Below are positions 1 to 14,600 of a stretch of 64,000 nucleotides of DNA, piece after piece. The notes under the pieces are model-generated. The model ran no database searches. It was given only the letters and a program-made list of their open reading frames with translations, and was not told where the DNA came from. Source of the DNA: Laetmonice hystrix (taxonomy: Eukaryota). Position numbers and translations under genes: made by a program. The DNA lies in contig OZ249436.1 of the NCBI GenBank assembly GCA_965235115.1, positions 39,434,001 to 39,498,000 of the forward strand, read 5' to 3'. Numbering within the stretch: position 1 is the stretch's first letter; each line of letters begins with the position of its first letter.

Positions 1-804
1 ATGTCCCACAAATTATGTACGCATATATCATGAACATGTAGCCATGAACAGCCCCAAAATAATGTGTTTAGGCGGTGAGTAGGGGCCACTCCATGGTATG
101 GTACGAGACTCCGGCCCAGTCGTGTAACATATAAATAGACAACACCCACTGCTTAAGTTAAGATATTTTGTCGGTGGGACACACGAGGCACAGAAAACGT
201 ACCCTGGTGCAGGTGTCTGCTGCGGTATCCTAAACCACAGGTCATTTTTACCTCGATACTAACGGATTAGAGTCGCCATGACTACCCTCTAAAATACTTG
301 AAAGATGGTCTGATGAAAGTTTGCTGTTCACCCTTCGATATATAGATAATTGCTATAGACTACAACTCTCTATATATATGTATGTAAAAATGTATCTTGA
401 TATTCGTTAATCCCCCCCCCCCCCCAGTTGATTCTCGATGATTGAGATAGGCCCTCTCACATCGTATGGGTATAACTGTAACGTTGAAGTCTGTTTTGTT
501 TTTTTATTCAATGCCATCAGTATGCACCTATACTTCTATACTGTCTAAAAAATAAAGTTGAGTTCAAAGGAGAAGGGAACTCCTGAATATAGACCATCTT
601 TTTTTCTTCCTACCCAGCAAAATCAACGAAAGAAACACCATGCACTAACGGTAGAAATCCGCCCTTTTTTGTAGTGGGGCTGGGGAACCCCTCGGTTCAG
701 AACATCCTTTTGTTATTGCTGATGTATCGTTTTGTGCAATACAGAGACAGTGTTATGATGTATTTTAACACTATGATAAAAGGTGTATGTTTGGTTTCGT
801 ACAG

Positions 805-956
805 GTTGTCGAGGAGAGCGTGGCGGCCAAGGGTGGTCTCCACGCCAGTGACATCCTCGTGAAGTTGGCTGGAAGATCGGCTGAAGGAATGACCCATAAA
901 GACGCCCAGGAGGCGATTATCGCCGCCGGTAATGCCCTGGAGATTATTGTCGAGAG
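805..956 (+). CDS. PDZ domain exon (second half of the domain)
   Basis: ttcgtacag|GTT...GAGAG|gtgagg; translates VVEESVAAKGGLHASDILVKLAGRSAEGMTHKDAQEAIIAAGNALEIIVER, the typical PDZ pattern (A..gGL..gD.I....g......TH..A...I). Confidence 0.88.
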
Positions 957-3900
957 GTGAGGAGGATTAACCGCTAATTCTGAGAGATGAATACAAAATT
1001 AATAATCATGTTCATTATAGCGTTGTAATTTGTCATGTGCATGGTTTTCTATTCTGTCGCCTGAGACCCATGAATTACCTAAAAACATACTTACTAGCAA
1101 ATAGAAAATGATAAATTTATTCTTTAAGAGGGAAATGTTAACCATTGTTACCTAAAAAAAACTTTATTTATTTGTAATTCTCCAGAAAGGCAGGGGATAT
1201 GAAAATCCAATAAAATCAACCCCCTTATGCTGTGAACATCTCAAGCGTGCCGTTGATTAAGAATTCCTATAGATCTAACTACAAACAAACGCTGATTATC
1301 ATGTTTTCAATCTGTAAGTACCATGATGTAGCCGAAGTTGAACAGGTCCGTTTGTTGATAAAGATCGCCTTAAAGGGGCACATATTATTGGAGGAATCGC
1401 ACTTTCAAACGACTTTTGAATCTTTTGTGAAATGCAAAACATAAAAGATTTGGGCGAAAACCGTCGTCTTGGCCGAGAAATGGCATAACTTCCAACGGGG
1501 TCACTTAGGGCCACGCCCCCACCCCAACCCCAACCCCCACCCCCTCCCCTCTACAATGCTTAACTACTGAATTTCGATGTACACCAAAATTCACTTTGGG
1601 GGCTGCCTGTGACTTGAGTACAGACGCTATTTTCAGGGTAGGACTATTGATTTCGGACGTCTTTATGCTATCATTATAATTAGAAAAACGCAAAGTCAGT
1701 CGAAATATTGTGCCCCTTTAACTGGTTGCGGTGGGCTTTGATTCGTTTAGACTTACAGCTGCATGTAATTGGTTACGTTTCGTTGTTTTTCTTCCTATAT
1801 TCTTCCTTACTTTTTCTCGCTGTACCACGTACTAACTGGATGTTTCATGTACACATTAATTTTGCTTATTGAAATTTAGATCAAACACTCGAGGACGATG
1901 AGTAAGTACATCACCCGCAAAACAGGAGACAGTGGTTATTAAATATAAGTTATTTATAGATTACAAAACAAATATGATGAGTGAGACCCCATAACCCTAT
2001 AGTTAAAGTTGAGAGGTATCTTGTGGCTGCCTCCTGGTTGGCGTCTTCCACCCCGACCCGACCCCTACAGCGACATACGGTTGAATGTCTATAGTTCAAG
2101 GCTTATTGTGATATTATACAGGCAGGTGGCGCAAATTATCAACTTTAAATACGAACTTTCAACGACAAAAGTATATTTAACCTCAATTTCTTTTTATCAA
2201 ATTATAGTCTATATTTCGGGAACCTATTAAGAGATTACGCAGACGTGTCGAAGGATAATGATAGACAGAGTCTAGCGGAAGAAGCAGACCTTAGTTTCGA
2301 AAATCACTTTGACATTCAATTTACGTACGGTTGGAGATGAATTGATCTTCATTCTGCAAACACGACCTCATCCCCTCCCAACACTAAGATAGAGACTCAT
2401 ATAACCCACCTTAAGGACTGAACAATTCAGTGCTACTTCAGGCCTCCTTAAGTAAGTTGGTACAGATTGAGAGGGTAACATTATCATTATGTTATTATGA
2501 CCCCACCTGTAAGACCTGCAGCAGCCTGAGCACATCCATGGATAACCCCTTTCAGCGTGACCCTGCAGTGCTATATTTGTAGGTCTATAACGGTCGAGCT
2601 CTTACCGTTACAGATATACGAGTTTGTTCCGCTCTTTACTGCTGGTATATCATGAAACTTACTTGGAAATTGCAACACGCTGCAACTCTACAGGGTGACA
2701 TTATCCCTGAGCCCAATTTGCTCCGTGACTTTAGACCTAGTGCGTTAATTTTCTCTCTGGTAATTAATAAGCTAGGCCGCCATCTGTGGCCAGACAAAAT
2801 AGTTACCAAGAAGAGCACACAGGACAACAAAATCAAGAAGAGAATTCTGGATGTACGGGTATCATGACTGATCATGTATACAGTACCTCTATCGGCATCC
2901 AGGGTACCAGATCCTTCTGGCTCTGGTTTATTAACGAAAGCAGACGGGAGTCGAATTTAAGTATCATAATAATATTTGGCTATTTCCCAATGAAAATATT
3001 TGCACACCGTACTACTTTTAGGTGAGTGAAGAACTGGGTGAATGGAGAGACCGAGGTGGGGGGGATACGAAATCCGGGAAGTATTTACCATACTGTATAG
3101 TCATCAGCAGTCTCTAAGTTCAGGAAATCAGCGCGGTATAACTTACATGGAGATGACGACTTCCCAGTTAGCGTGGAGGAAACCCTTTATTTTTCAATAC
3201 GTTAAATCATTCAATAAATTGTTTAATATTTTCTGTCACTACAATCATTGAGGAATTTCTTTATACGTTTTCAGCATTATTATACTATGCTATGCTATGC
3301 GTGCTATGCGTTTATATCGTTCCTTTATTGTATCCGGAAGTCGAGATATATCAGTCTACACCCCGGTCATGAAGGTACTCGCTGAATACTTTTACAAAAT
3401 GCTTGTTTCTAAGGAGATTGTAGTTTAATGAATACTCTGCACATTGCCATCCCCCATAGCATTTAATATTCAAAAGGCCCTGATATAGGAAATCTGATCA
3501 CCCTAGATGAGCCATAGGAATATTACGCTGCAGCCTTTGTCAACATCTATTATTGAACGGTTTGGCACCATACCCCATAGTTTAGAAAAAGATACCTGAA
3601 CCTGCCTTGTGTAGTCTATAGAAGATCTTTCTCAGCACACCTTGGGTTTATATTAAGACTAAGATATTATGATTAAGACTGATACAAGTAAATTGTGATT
3701 TCTGCGTTATGCCAAACTTGAAGATATTTTTTAATGGAAAAGACCGAGAGAAGTGATGTATCGGATCAGTCCGTATACATATTCATCCAGTTATTCATTC
3801 CTACATTTATGTTTCATTGCTTCTTGCTGCAAGAATTACAGGGCAGAAAGTGTTATTATTTAATAAGATTTAATATCCGTAGAGCAAAGGATAATGCCAT

Positions 3901-5475
3901 TAAGAAAAGCTGTCATCTCCACTGACAGGCATCTTGATTTAGGCACATTTAGAGTGAATCTCTGATTTAGTGTATACTGCTATCTCAATTTACTGCTAGA
4001 TCACGGCAGTAGAGAATCGACGTTATCACGATCACCTGGAAAGATAACCAAAGTCTATCCAACAAGTCTATCAGTCCACTCACACAGTAGTTATACATCC
4101 TAATTTACAGATTAAATCATGATTATCAAAATATTCCTTATATTATAACGCTGTGAAGCGTAGACGAGCGTGCCAAATATCGGTTTGATTTGTTGTAATA
4201 TCATACAGTATCATACTTTTAAGTTTTCTTTTGCTCGTCATGCAAACCCCCCCCCCCCCAAAAAAAAAAAAAAAAAAAAAAAACTCAAGAACTCTTGAAT
4301 ATTATTATGGCGCTGCTCTTCTGATGGTACAATCAAATAAAATCAAGGATAAACAGAAAACTATTTTAATCCGAAACAATTTCTAATTCTTTGTTCATAA
4401 CCAGAATTATCTATATAATTATTATTATTCTGTATATATATATATATCACAATATGAATACTGTCTTGTTGGGGTGAGGGATGTCTTTGTGGGGTTTCAT
4501 TCCCTTATAAGACTGACATTATCCTAATTCCAGTACATATTTATAATCGGCCGTGACAGATTTGACAAAGAATCCTATTAATGCTGCCTTGTTTGTGTGA
4601 CGTAGGGCAGAAGTTACAATACAGTCACCACCCTCCACGCCACAACCACGCAAGGCCTCGGAGAAGGCGAAAGGAAGCGCCTCGGTGCCTACGGGGCAAA
4701 CGGAGGTGGGTAATTATTGTTCCCTTCAACAAAGATATCAGAAATAAATAAGTAAATAAGAAAATCCTGATTTGATGTGCGTGTACATGCTTACCACTTG
4801 TTCTGTCATAATTATTAGCATAGATCAGTGACTGCTGATAGTAAATCAATAAAATAGCGATAAATAGGCCTACACATCTCCCGGAATTTATGGGTAGATC
4901 TACTCTAGGTCTATGGTGGATCCTAGAGACGTTTAAAGGGAATATCTCACGAATTTCAAGTCATACGTAGCGTTTCACACAAAAAATGTGTCTGCACCGG
5001 GGTCTCCAATACAAAAAATGTGTCTGCACTGGGGTCTCCAATATGACCTTTCAATGGGAACTTTGCGGGTATTATGTAAAATTCAAAAAGTCGCCAAATC
5101 TTATTTCAGTCACTGGAAATGACCTACTTAGCTTCCGAGACCTCGGTAGTTGTTTTTTATATTCCTATGTACACTACTATGCAAATTATTTGTACTAGCG
5201 AAAATAGATTTCGAATCTACACCAAAACAACACAACGTTCAAACAATTCGGTGACATGATAAAACGGCGGCATTCATCGTGTTAGCGTGCACTCCAGCTA
5301 GTTTCCACCACCAGGGATAATCTCATAGGAGGTGTTAACAGAATCAATATGAAAAACATTCAGTGCCATATAGCGCGTCAGTCACTGTGGTGAGGAGGTG
5401 AGCATAAATCCGAAGATTCCGGCCTATCCGGCGGGTGAGAGGACCCCTTTAATATAAGGGATTATAATAATAATA

Positions 5476-5543
<68 letters not shown>

Positions 5544-5551
5544 TTAATAAT

Positions 5552-5634
<83 letters not shown>

Positions 5635-8600
5635 GTTATTATTATTATTATCGTTCACTTTATCTAAATAATTATTTAAATCGAGGATCTACAGTCAAGT
5701 CTGCTCGTAGTACATACTTAAAGAGACGCGTCACTTTTCTCAGTGGCGCCACCTCGTGGCAATTGACGAACTCTATTTTTACACGTTGCAACGCGTTTTT
5801 TACGTCACTCAATGCTGTCAACAACACGGCAATGCAGAGGCAGAGTCAAGTCTGGCCGCTTCGCATCCCAGAAACAGTTAGACAAAAGGCTTCACGATGC
5901 CAGAAAAATGTACTTGACTATGTGTTTTAACATTGGAGTCTATGGGACCGATAAGACCCTTGATAGTGAAAATGTCGATATCTCATGAATTTCCATGGTG
6001 ACATATGATTTTTTTTAATCTAAAGTGTTCAAAACAAGTCATGCAACAATTCTGAGAAGTATTTTCAGAATCTCTGGGTTAGAAATGTCTGAAAAAAATC
6101 TTCTCTCTTCTAATTCGAACCAAAAATTTCACGTATCTCTCTCTACTGTAGACTGTAGTAGTGCGAGTTGAAGGCCTATCTTCAAATGCTCATAACTCAG
6201 GATCCGATATGGTGACCCGCCATTTTCTTTGCACCAAAATACTCGAAAAATGTTGAATTATTTTATGTGAAAGTAGCCTGAAAATCTCTGGGTCAGAAAT
6301 TTTTGGCTTATTGGTGTCGAGTCCCTTTAATCTGAATGTTGGCTATTCCTTTCTTCAGAATTTTACCCCGAACACTGGCTTCACACAGAAGTGCCATGTC
6401 ATGGTGGATTTTTAGCCAGGAAGCCCATGAAGAAGCCCCTCTAGTAGAATGCAGGATTTCTTTGACAGGTTGCATGAAAATACATTCGGAACGTTGGGTG
6501 TGCCCTGCATATGGCAGTAATGATGGTGTAGACTGGTGGAGAGTAAGCGATCCAGCCCAGGCCGGTACATAAATACAACACTAGGATGGCCGACATAGCT
6601 CGCCTGTACATTTAGGTTATTTGCGGTGCCCCGAGCCCTACGGTGGCTTCCTTCAACCTATACCAAACGTTATCAGTCTCCACTAGTCTACCCCCTACCA
6701 CCCCCTCCACCTGCCCCCACTCGAGATTTGTGTCTATATCACCGGTATTACGTCCTGTTGTCAATGGTGCTATCCCACCTGACTTTACATCAGTGAGATT
6801 CTGTTTACCAGCAAGCGGCGACAATTGGACACTGTGGCCATAGGGAAGCCGACTGTCGGGGCTTCAATCCTATAGGCCTATACATGCGACCGACTCTAGT
6901 CTACTAGTCCTTCTCCGGATCCCAGGGCCGTCACTATAGCACGGGGGTTGTCCCCAGTGATTTTTGAATAAGTGCCCTTTTTGACAAGCAGGTGACATTT
7001 TAAATGGACGTTGGTGTGAAACCGATGATTTCAAGTTCTCTCAGTGCCATGTCTCTCATTAGCCCAGTGCTCCACAACTGGGTAATCAAAGCTTTAATTA
7101 GTATGTCAGCTGCATGGAATGAACATAAAGCCTCGCCCCCTTTATTTAATATTTCTGGGACGCGTATATGTATTCACATGGGCAGGGTTGACACTGAATA
7201 CGCAGGCCTAGGCTATAGGTGCTTGTTTTGTTTATATGTGATTTTTTTTTTCGGCCACTGCCAGATTAAATATATGCCAGTGTCTTCATAAATATCAATG
7301 TTACGATTGAAACCCTATACCTACGTATGATTGTGCAGGGGCGTAGGAAAAGGGGGGTCAGGGGGCCATGCCCCCCCCCCACTTTGAAATGAGGGGGGAC
7401 TTTCTTTTGCCCCCCCCCCCCACTTTTTCCCTCCCCTTGACTTTTGCCTATGGAAGTCTATGGGGGGAAGGGTATTTTCTCACATTTCAGACCTTATTTT
7501 GTGCTCTAAGATGCACCAAATGTCACCAAATTACACTATAAATTTCAGAAATTTTCGGGGGCATGCCCCCGGACTCCCCTAGCATGGCTTCGCGCCTTTG
7601 GCGCTCGCCCAGTCCCCTCGCCAAACTGTAACCCCCCTCGAAAAATCTTGCGCATGGCCCTGTTGCCCCCCCCCCCCATTTAGCTTCGGTAATTAATTTA
7701 TAGGCCTATAGCCTACTCATTTTGAATTAATTTTAACACTGACGGTGTATCCCAGGGAAACCCCGAGGTATGATGTAGGCCTATACCTCTAAAAGTCTCA
7801 TTCAAGAGTATGCATTTTAATCAGCAATGCATGCAATGTCTGTTGCATCTCACTCACGAGTCCAGTGGGTTCAAACCCTACAACACCTCCTCAAACTTTG
7901 CAGATAGGATTATGTGGGTGTTCAAAAAGATACCGTCTTTCTGCTCAATTTGCCGGGTTGTTGATGTCCTTACATGTCACTGTGTGTAGGCACAATAATA
8001 GCTATGACATTAGATTTGGCTGGATAGCGATGCATGAGTCGAAACTGAACTAGTTTTCACCAGGCCGATTCCCCACTCCCAAACTCCTACTCGACAAAGG
8101 CCATAAGGTGTTAGCGGTTGTGAACTCCAGTTGACAGAGATTTACTAGGAGTTCAGTTGGTTTCTTGGCACCTAGCTGTATCATGGATGGTAGAGGTAAG
8201 GCTATGGGACTGCATGACGTGCCCAGAGACCAAACCTCGAGTCAGGTCGGCTCCACTGCTGCTGCTGCTGCTGGTGGTGGTGGTATTATTGGGCCGGAGT
8301 TATCTGGGCAGAATCATCGGCCTGAGCGGTATACAACCTGACTCATCTCAGACTGGGCCCGTCCGCAACATATATACTGATACAGATATATTAGGTGTAC
8401 GCTAAGGAAAGAAATTAACGCCTTCAAGACTGACGGATGTCCGTGGTCAGTTAATGGTACCTTCATATCCGTGCGCAATATGCAATGGCCAGAATTCTTT
8501 TGTACTTTCTTGATTTGCTATACTGCGATGAAATGAGGTTATGTGAGGCATTTTTTGTATCGATCGCGATTCATTGGGATGTTCTGTTATGGCGAAGTGG

Positions 8601-11600
8601 GTGATAACTGCAGAGCAAAGTAGCCGATAATTGCAAATTTCTTTCTTCGGGTGATTGGGGGTCCAAGGGTGGTTCTGTGCCTGGGGTAAACGGGGAAGGG
8701 GACACAGTCATGTTTTGATGTGCGTTACATGGTGAATGTACGTGTATATGTAATATGTATGTCCCTATGAATAGGGACATGGATTGGGGAAGGAGACACG
8801 GTCATGTTTTGATGTTCGTTACATGGTGAGTGTACGTGTAAATACATATGTAATATGTATGTCCCTATGAATAGACTTAATCGCGTGCATCAGACTGACG
8901 GAGACCTGCTACAGGTGAGCCCCCTCTCCACCCATAACGTACTCGCATTTTGATCTACAGTTGGGCTGAAGGTTTCAGGTGCCCATTGGATACCGATGGA
9001 GGGGGAAAATAACTTTGTGTCCCCTCTGGAAATCTCGTTCCTGGTGGGTATGTGAAAGGTCGGCTATCAAGGACATGGGTGAGGCCTGAACCCCCCCCCC
9101 CCCCCCCCCTAGAGCTGGTAGAAACCTGACCCTGGAATACTGCTATAGAAACCCGTGTATGGGTACATTACTGACGGAACGAGAAATTTGAAGTTCAATG
9201 ATAAATCTTTGACTGGCCACTGGCCACTGGCCACTGAGCAGTAGACCCCAGTAGTGGTGGAACGGATAATATATCAGTGACCCATTTTGCTTCAGGTATA
9301 GTTGAACATGGTTGTATCCTATAGATACAACCCCACATCTAGGGATAATTAATAATATGCCATCAAAGATCTAGAAAAGCCATAAAATGGGTATATTCCC
9401 CGTGGTAACTTCAAACTTCATTTTGTCGGTAGTAAAGATCCATAGCCCTGACCTTATCCCTAACTCCTAACCTCCGTCCCTACACCTCCCACAGACATAA
9501 TATCCCTATCCCTATCCCTGACCTTAACCCTAACCCTTACCCAAAGATTTTGTCTGGGACTGGAAGTTACCATGGGGGAATAACCATAAAATGGGTGCCC
9601 CTAGCAGTCCACCGATGGGTCAGACCCATCGGCTGATGGCAACCCGTTGGCCGATCCACCGATGGGTCTGATGGGACTGGGTCAGGTCGACGTAGCACCA
9701 ACAAAGTTGTTGGACGGTATAAAACTGAATTGTGCGTGTGTTTACAGGAGTTGCAGCCGGTTGAGGATGATGACTCCTCGAGCGTCCTAAGTCTTCAGTC
9801 ATTACAGCCTGCCATGACCACACACAACATTCCACACTCTGACGATGAAGCTACATCCAGGTAGGTATGCCTATAGAAAACAGAGAGAGGCTTCCTTGAA
9901 TAGCGTTTTCTGATCAGTTGGTGTCCGGGGAGGCGGAAGGACAGAGAAACTTACTTTGTAACAAGTAGGAAAAGGGTGAGAACAGTAAAGATACAAGAAA
10001 AGGACGAAAAACAACTTTTCAATAGAAAAACATGAATACGGCATATATACGTGAGGTCAAATCTCATGAATTTGCCCTCTCTCGGTCATCCGAGCCCACA
10101 GCCAATGAAATTTATGGGTCGATGAACCGATGAATTAAGTGAGAACCCGAATCCTTGGAATGAGCACGTTAGATAGCCAAAACACTGAAGCCTCTTTTAT
10201 TAAAAAATACTTGCAAATATTGAGTACCTTCTCCACATGATTTCCCATCTTTAACATGGGAACAATACTCAAGATTCAAATGCCTTTCCTGACTAATAGG
10301 CCGCAATAACAGAGGTTAGGTCTATGTTTTCTTTTTGTAAAATGGAGCGTGTGTCTGGATATGGGTTTCTCAGTAGTATTGGATGTAGATCTATGGGTTG
10401 TACTCAAAATGCTAAAGGCCTACGGCGAGGTTAGGGTTTAGATTTCTGCTTTCTGTGTCTTTAAAAAAAGGCTTCATGTCAAGCCTGGATTGACACTGCC
10501 ATTGTTTCTTACTTCAGCGTTATGGTAACGGGTACAGGCGTTCAGGACCGTGACAAGTCCAAGGTTAATCCTCATCACAAACCCGGGGCGAAGCGACCAG
10601 AGGTCCCCGAGGAGGATGAAGGCGAGCCTCACGTTCCCGAGGAGAAATTACTGACCACAGCCGACGAGTCACGGCTGTCTGGCCGAGGTCAAACAAACCA
10701 ATCGCCTATACCGCCACCAGACCAACCGCTGTCTTCGTCAGTTGCTTGGAGACCGAAGATCATCGACGCCCAGGAAGAGGGAAATATAGATCACACCGAC
10801 AGCGAAGTCGTTTCAAACTTGCTACAAGACTCTTGCTACCAGGAAGAACGACAAATGACGTCGGTGAAGGTCACGTCCATTACAACACCAGAACACGAAG
10901 AGGAAACGCCAGCGTCATATCCACATGAATACCGCGAAATGCTTGTGTTATCCACGGAGAAAAAGGACGACAGTCACTCACGGGGAGAACGAAGCAGGCA
11001 GAGAGATGTATACCCATGGAGACACGTGCCTCAGTTTGATACCAGGGGGCACGACAGGCAAACAGTTGACCTCCTCCCCGGTGTGGAGAGGGCGCCAGCG
11101 TCGACCGAGGGCGGGGTCTCGACGGACGGGTATGATGCCGACGAGGACCAGCAGAGACACCTGGCGGACGATCAGCACGTCACTCCGTCGCTGACCGTCG
11201 TTGGTAGACGCACCTCCGCGCCGACGTCGGCGGCAGATGCGTCCACCAGAACTAGGTCTCCGTTGATCTCAGTCACCCCGACCTCCCCGCCCACCGGACT
11301 CACTGTGCTACCAGTGGAGCACCTCTCACACTACCAGCCCCCGGCCGTATCAACTTCCTTGCCCTACGACCTGCCCCAACTTACCCGAGAAATGTCCGAC
11401 ATCCAGCAGGAAGTCAAACGGCTCTCCGACTACCATTCCCCCCGACTTGACGACATCCACTTCTCCACAGGCGGGCCTGATATTGTGGACATTCCCATGC
11501 CGGCAGTCAAAGAAATGGTTGAGGACTTAAATCGTCGACTAGAAGCTATTGCTGCACAACAACCTCAAATTGCACAGCCCCCGACAGCTCAAGAACTAGG

Positions 11601-14600
11601 TCTTTCTTATCTAAATGTGCACGCTAGAACATTAAGCGATGAAGAAGATCCTAATAGGGAGATATTTATAGACATGACACCTGCAAATGTAGCTCTAGAA
11701 TCTTTCAAGCAAAAATATATGAGGGACTCTGAGGACCCGTCCAATAATAGTTATCAAAAACTATATGATGTTTCGTCACCTGTAGGTTCGCCAACAATGC
11801 ATAGGAAAGCATTTAGTGCCTTAGATCGGGTTAGTCCAAATTCTAGGAACCAGAGGAGGGTACATTTTGCTGACCCTCCAGAGCAGTCTGTGATTGAGAT
11901 CGAAGGAAGGTCTCGGCGGCGAAGGGACCGCCGGAAAGACAGGGACCGCCAAGAGCCAAAGTCTTTGCCAGAGCAGCAAACCCTCGATACCGGTAAGCAT
12001 GGCACAACCTGGTGCCCTTCTTCTAGTGCCAACTACGCAGCTACACAAGGGGAAGGCCCTATGCCATATATTTCATCATCATTATCACCATTGTCGTCTT
12101 CTTCTTCTTCTTCGCCGTCATCTTTGCCATCTTCATCGACAGTGTCCGTTCCCATAATAATCGAACGACCTGCTCAGAAAGCTGGGGGTCAAGCGTATGC
12201 GACTTACGAAGCCATGTTTAACCATCCGGATCCTGCTACTGTTTTCTCTAGTGAACCCGCCATGCCTGCAAACTACTTACAGCAGCAGCAACAAACCCCG
12301 GGGCAAATCAGCGTCTCGATCACTCATAAGAAAGGCGACCAGGGGGCCCCAACCAGGTTGGCGTTCACCCTTCCATCAGCCCAGCCAGGCCAGCCGACCC
12401 ACTTCCGATACACAATGTCTGGCACGGGTCCACACCAACCGCCGCAAACCAAACTGTCCTCTCAGACTCATACAACGCAGCAGTCCGACAGCGGGCTAAC
12501 CTATTCCTTGCCGCCAAGATACGAGGATTCTATGCGCACCATGTCCTACGGGTATGGTCAGTCTTCCTACCCCCTCTACGATGACCCTCGGTACATGGAG
12601 GGACTAGCCAGAGCCCAGGCTGCCCAGCGGTCCTCGGCACAGCTCCCTGGCCTCTACGGGCAGCAGGCTGGTCCCCTTTACGTTGACACGACTGTAGGAC
12701 CTACCAGTCCACCCAGGACGTCGCCTATATACAGTACACCGCAGAATCCACGGGGCTTTGGGTATCGAGTGTCGCCTACGGAAACTGAAGATGCCGTCCA
12801 GTCCAAATCCTTCCGAACGTTAGACGCTGTCTACTCTGATGGATCGCCGAGACAGGAGGAATCGAATATGGATCCAAACATGCGCGTTAAAGTATTGGGA
12901 TCACCGTCAGAAGGTAGGTCATCACGTACACCTAGTTTGCGTGGAGATCATAATACCATAATGCAGAGATATGTAGACCCGTATGCATGTGGCACTGAAA
13001 GAAAAGAGCTCTTAACATCCGGTGCAGCTCACCACCTGATGTAATCAACCAGGACCTTAGGATTGGACGACCGCTTTGACTCCCGACGTCCTCTGTAGCT
13101 AGGACCTATACGTCACTTTGTTGTATCTTTAGGCAACGGCGTCCAGTAGAAAAGCTAGAAAAACTGTCGCTTTTAATTCCAAATGATCAAGCGATCTATG
13201 GAGAAGCAGTTCCCAAAATGAAAGCATTCTAGGTAGACTAACTAATTTAGTAGCGAAAGAATGATTTTTTCCTCGCCAATACAAAAGTAATAAAAGGTTC
13301 TCCCACCTGATTTTCTATATATTGTCATTCAGTGCTTCAACCTGCGGCCCTTGGTCGACCATTCACCCAGCAGCCGGGCGAGCCCCAAGTACAGGAAGCC
13401 CAGCCTATCATCCCCGGTCCGCCCATGGGCGCCCTGCCTGGACCCCCTCCACCAGGCATGGAGATGGCAGGCGCGGCCATAGCCCCTGGACTCTTTGCAT
13501 TGTTTGACTCGTGAGTATCACTCCAAGGTCATTTCTCTCGCTATGGCATTCTCGTTGAATGAATCAACAGCAATCCCTGCTTTGAATGCCCAGATTATAA
13601 TTTTGTTGAGACTAATTGATGAAGGTCTATCTAACTAAGATTAGTGTTTTCATCGGTGGCGGATTCAGCAGTTCGTTTTGGGTTTTTTTTTAAATATTTT
13701 CTTATTGATCCTTTTATGCTGTGCCTATAGTTCCAGCCCTTTGGTTCGGGGAGAAACGCAAAAACCGTTCTCTTGGAAATTTATAATAAATTTTATTAGA
13801 TATGAATGACAGTTTATTTAAAATGAAACATTTATAAAGAGTAAAAGTAATTTATAACACATGAAACGCCCTTGTGCTATGCCTCCCGATTTGCCCCCTT
13901 TGATTGACCTAATGCTGCATGCGGTTTGTTTTGCCTGCGTAGTAAGCATGACAGACGAGACACCTGACCCCGACCCTACGGTACCAGACAAGTTTACCTG
14001 GGACGATGTTTTTGTCTACGCTACTTTGACTTCGCACCAGTTCCCTCTTCACCATATTCCACTCCCGTACACCCCTAGGAAAGAAAGAGATCAAAAACCA
14101 TTTTCAGTTTGCTCGAAGCTGTTCCTGTGCACCTATCTTGTGTGTACGTGGTCATGATACTTTTTTACAGTGTAGACAACGTATTTTGTAGCACTTACTA
14201 AAAAATCCTGAAAATAAATAAGATGATCAACCGGCTGTGCAGGAAAGCAATTCAATTTTAAATTAAATATCTCCTTTACCTTCTCTATATCAAGACAACT
14301 TACTGTCGTTCACTGCCTTGACAAACTAAAAAAAAAGACCTGATGACGCAATGATCACATGACACGATCACACGAGATCTTGATCAAAGTGGATCACCCG
14401 AATCAGGGACCGCGGAACCGGGGGGGGGGGGGCTGGAGGGATTCAGCTTTTTCTTGAGAGCCCTTTCACATTTTCAGTAGATTTTTATAAATTTTGTCCA
14501 ATAGATTCGCCGCCGCCCCAAACTGAAGCCCCAAATCTTTGTAAATTTTTACGTTTAATGTATAGTTAGTTAGCTATTCCCTTTAAGGTTGAGATCCATT

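Noticed and set aside
10522..13044. Stand-alone intronless 840-aa gene or viral/transposon ORF
   Set aside because: It is preceded by an in-phase splice acceptor 4 nt before the ATG, links to the PDZ exons, and has no enzymatic motifs.
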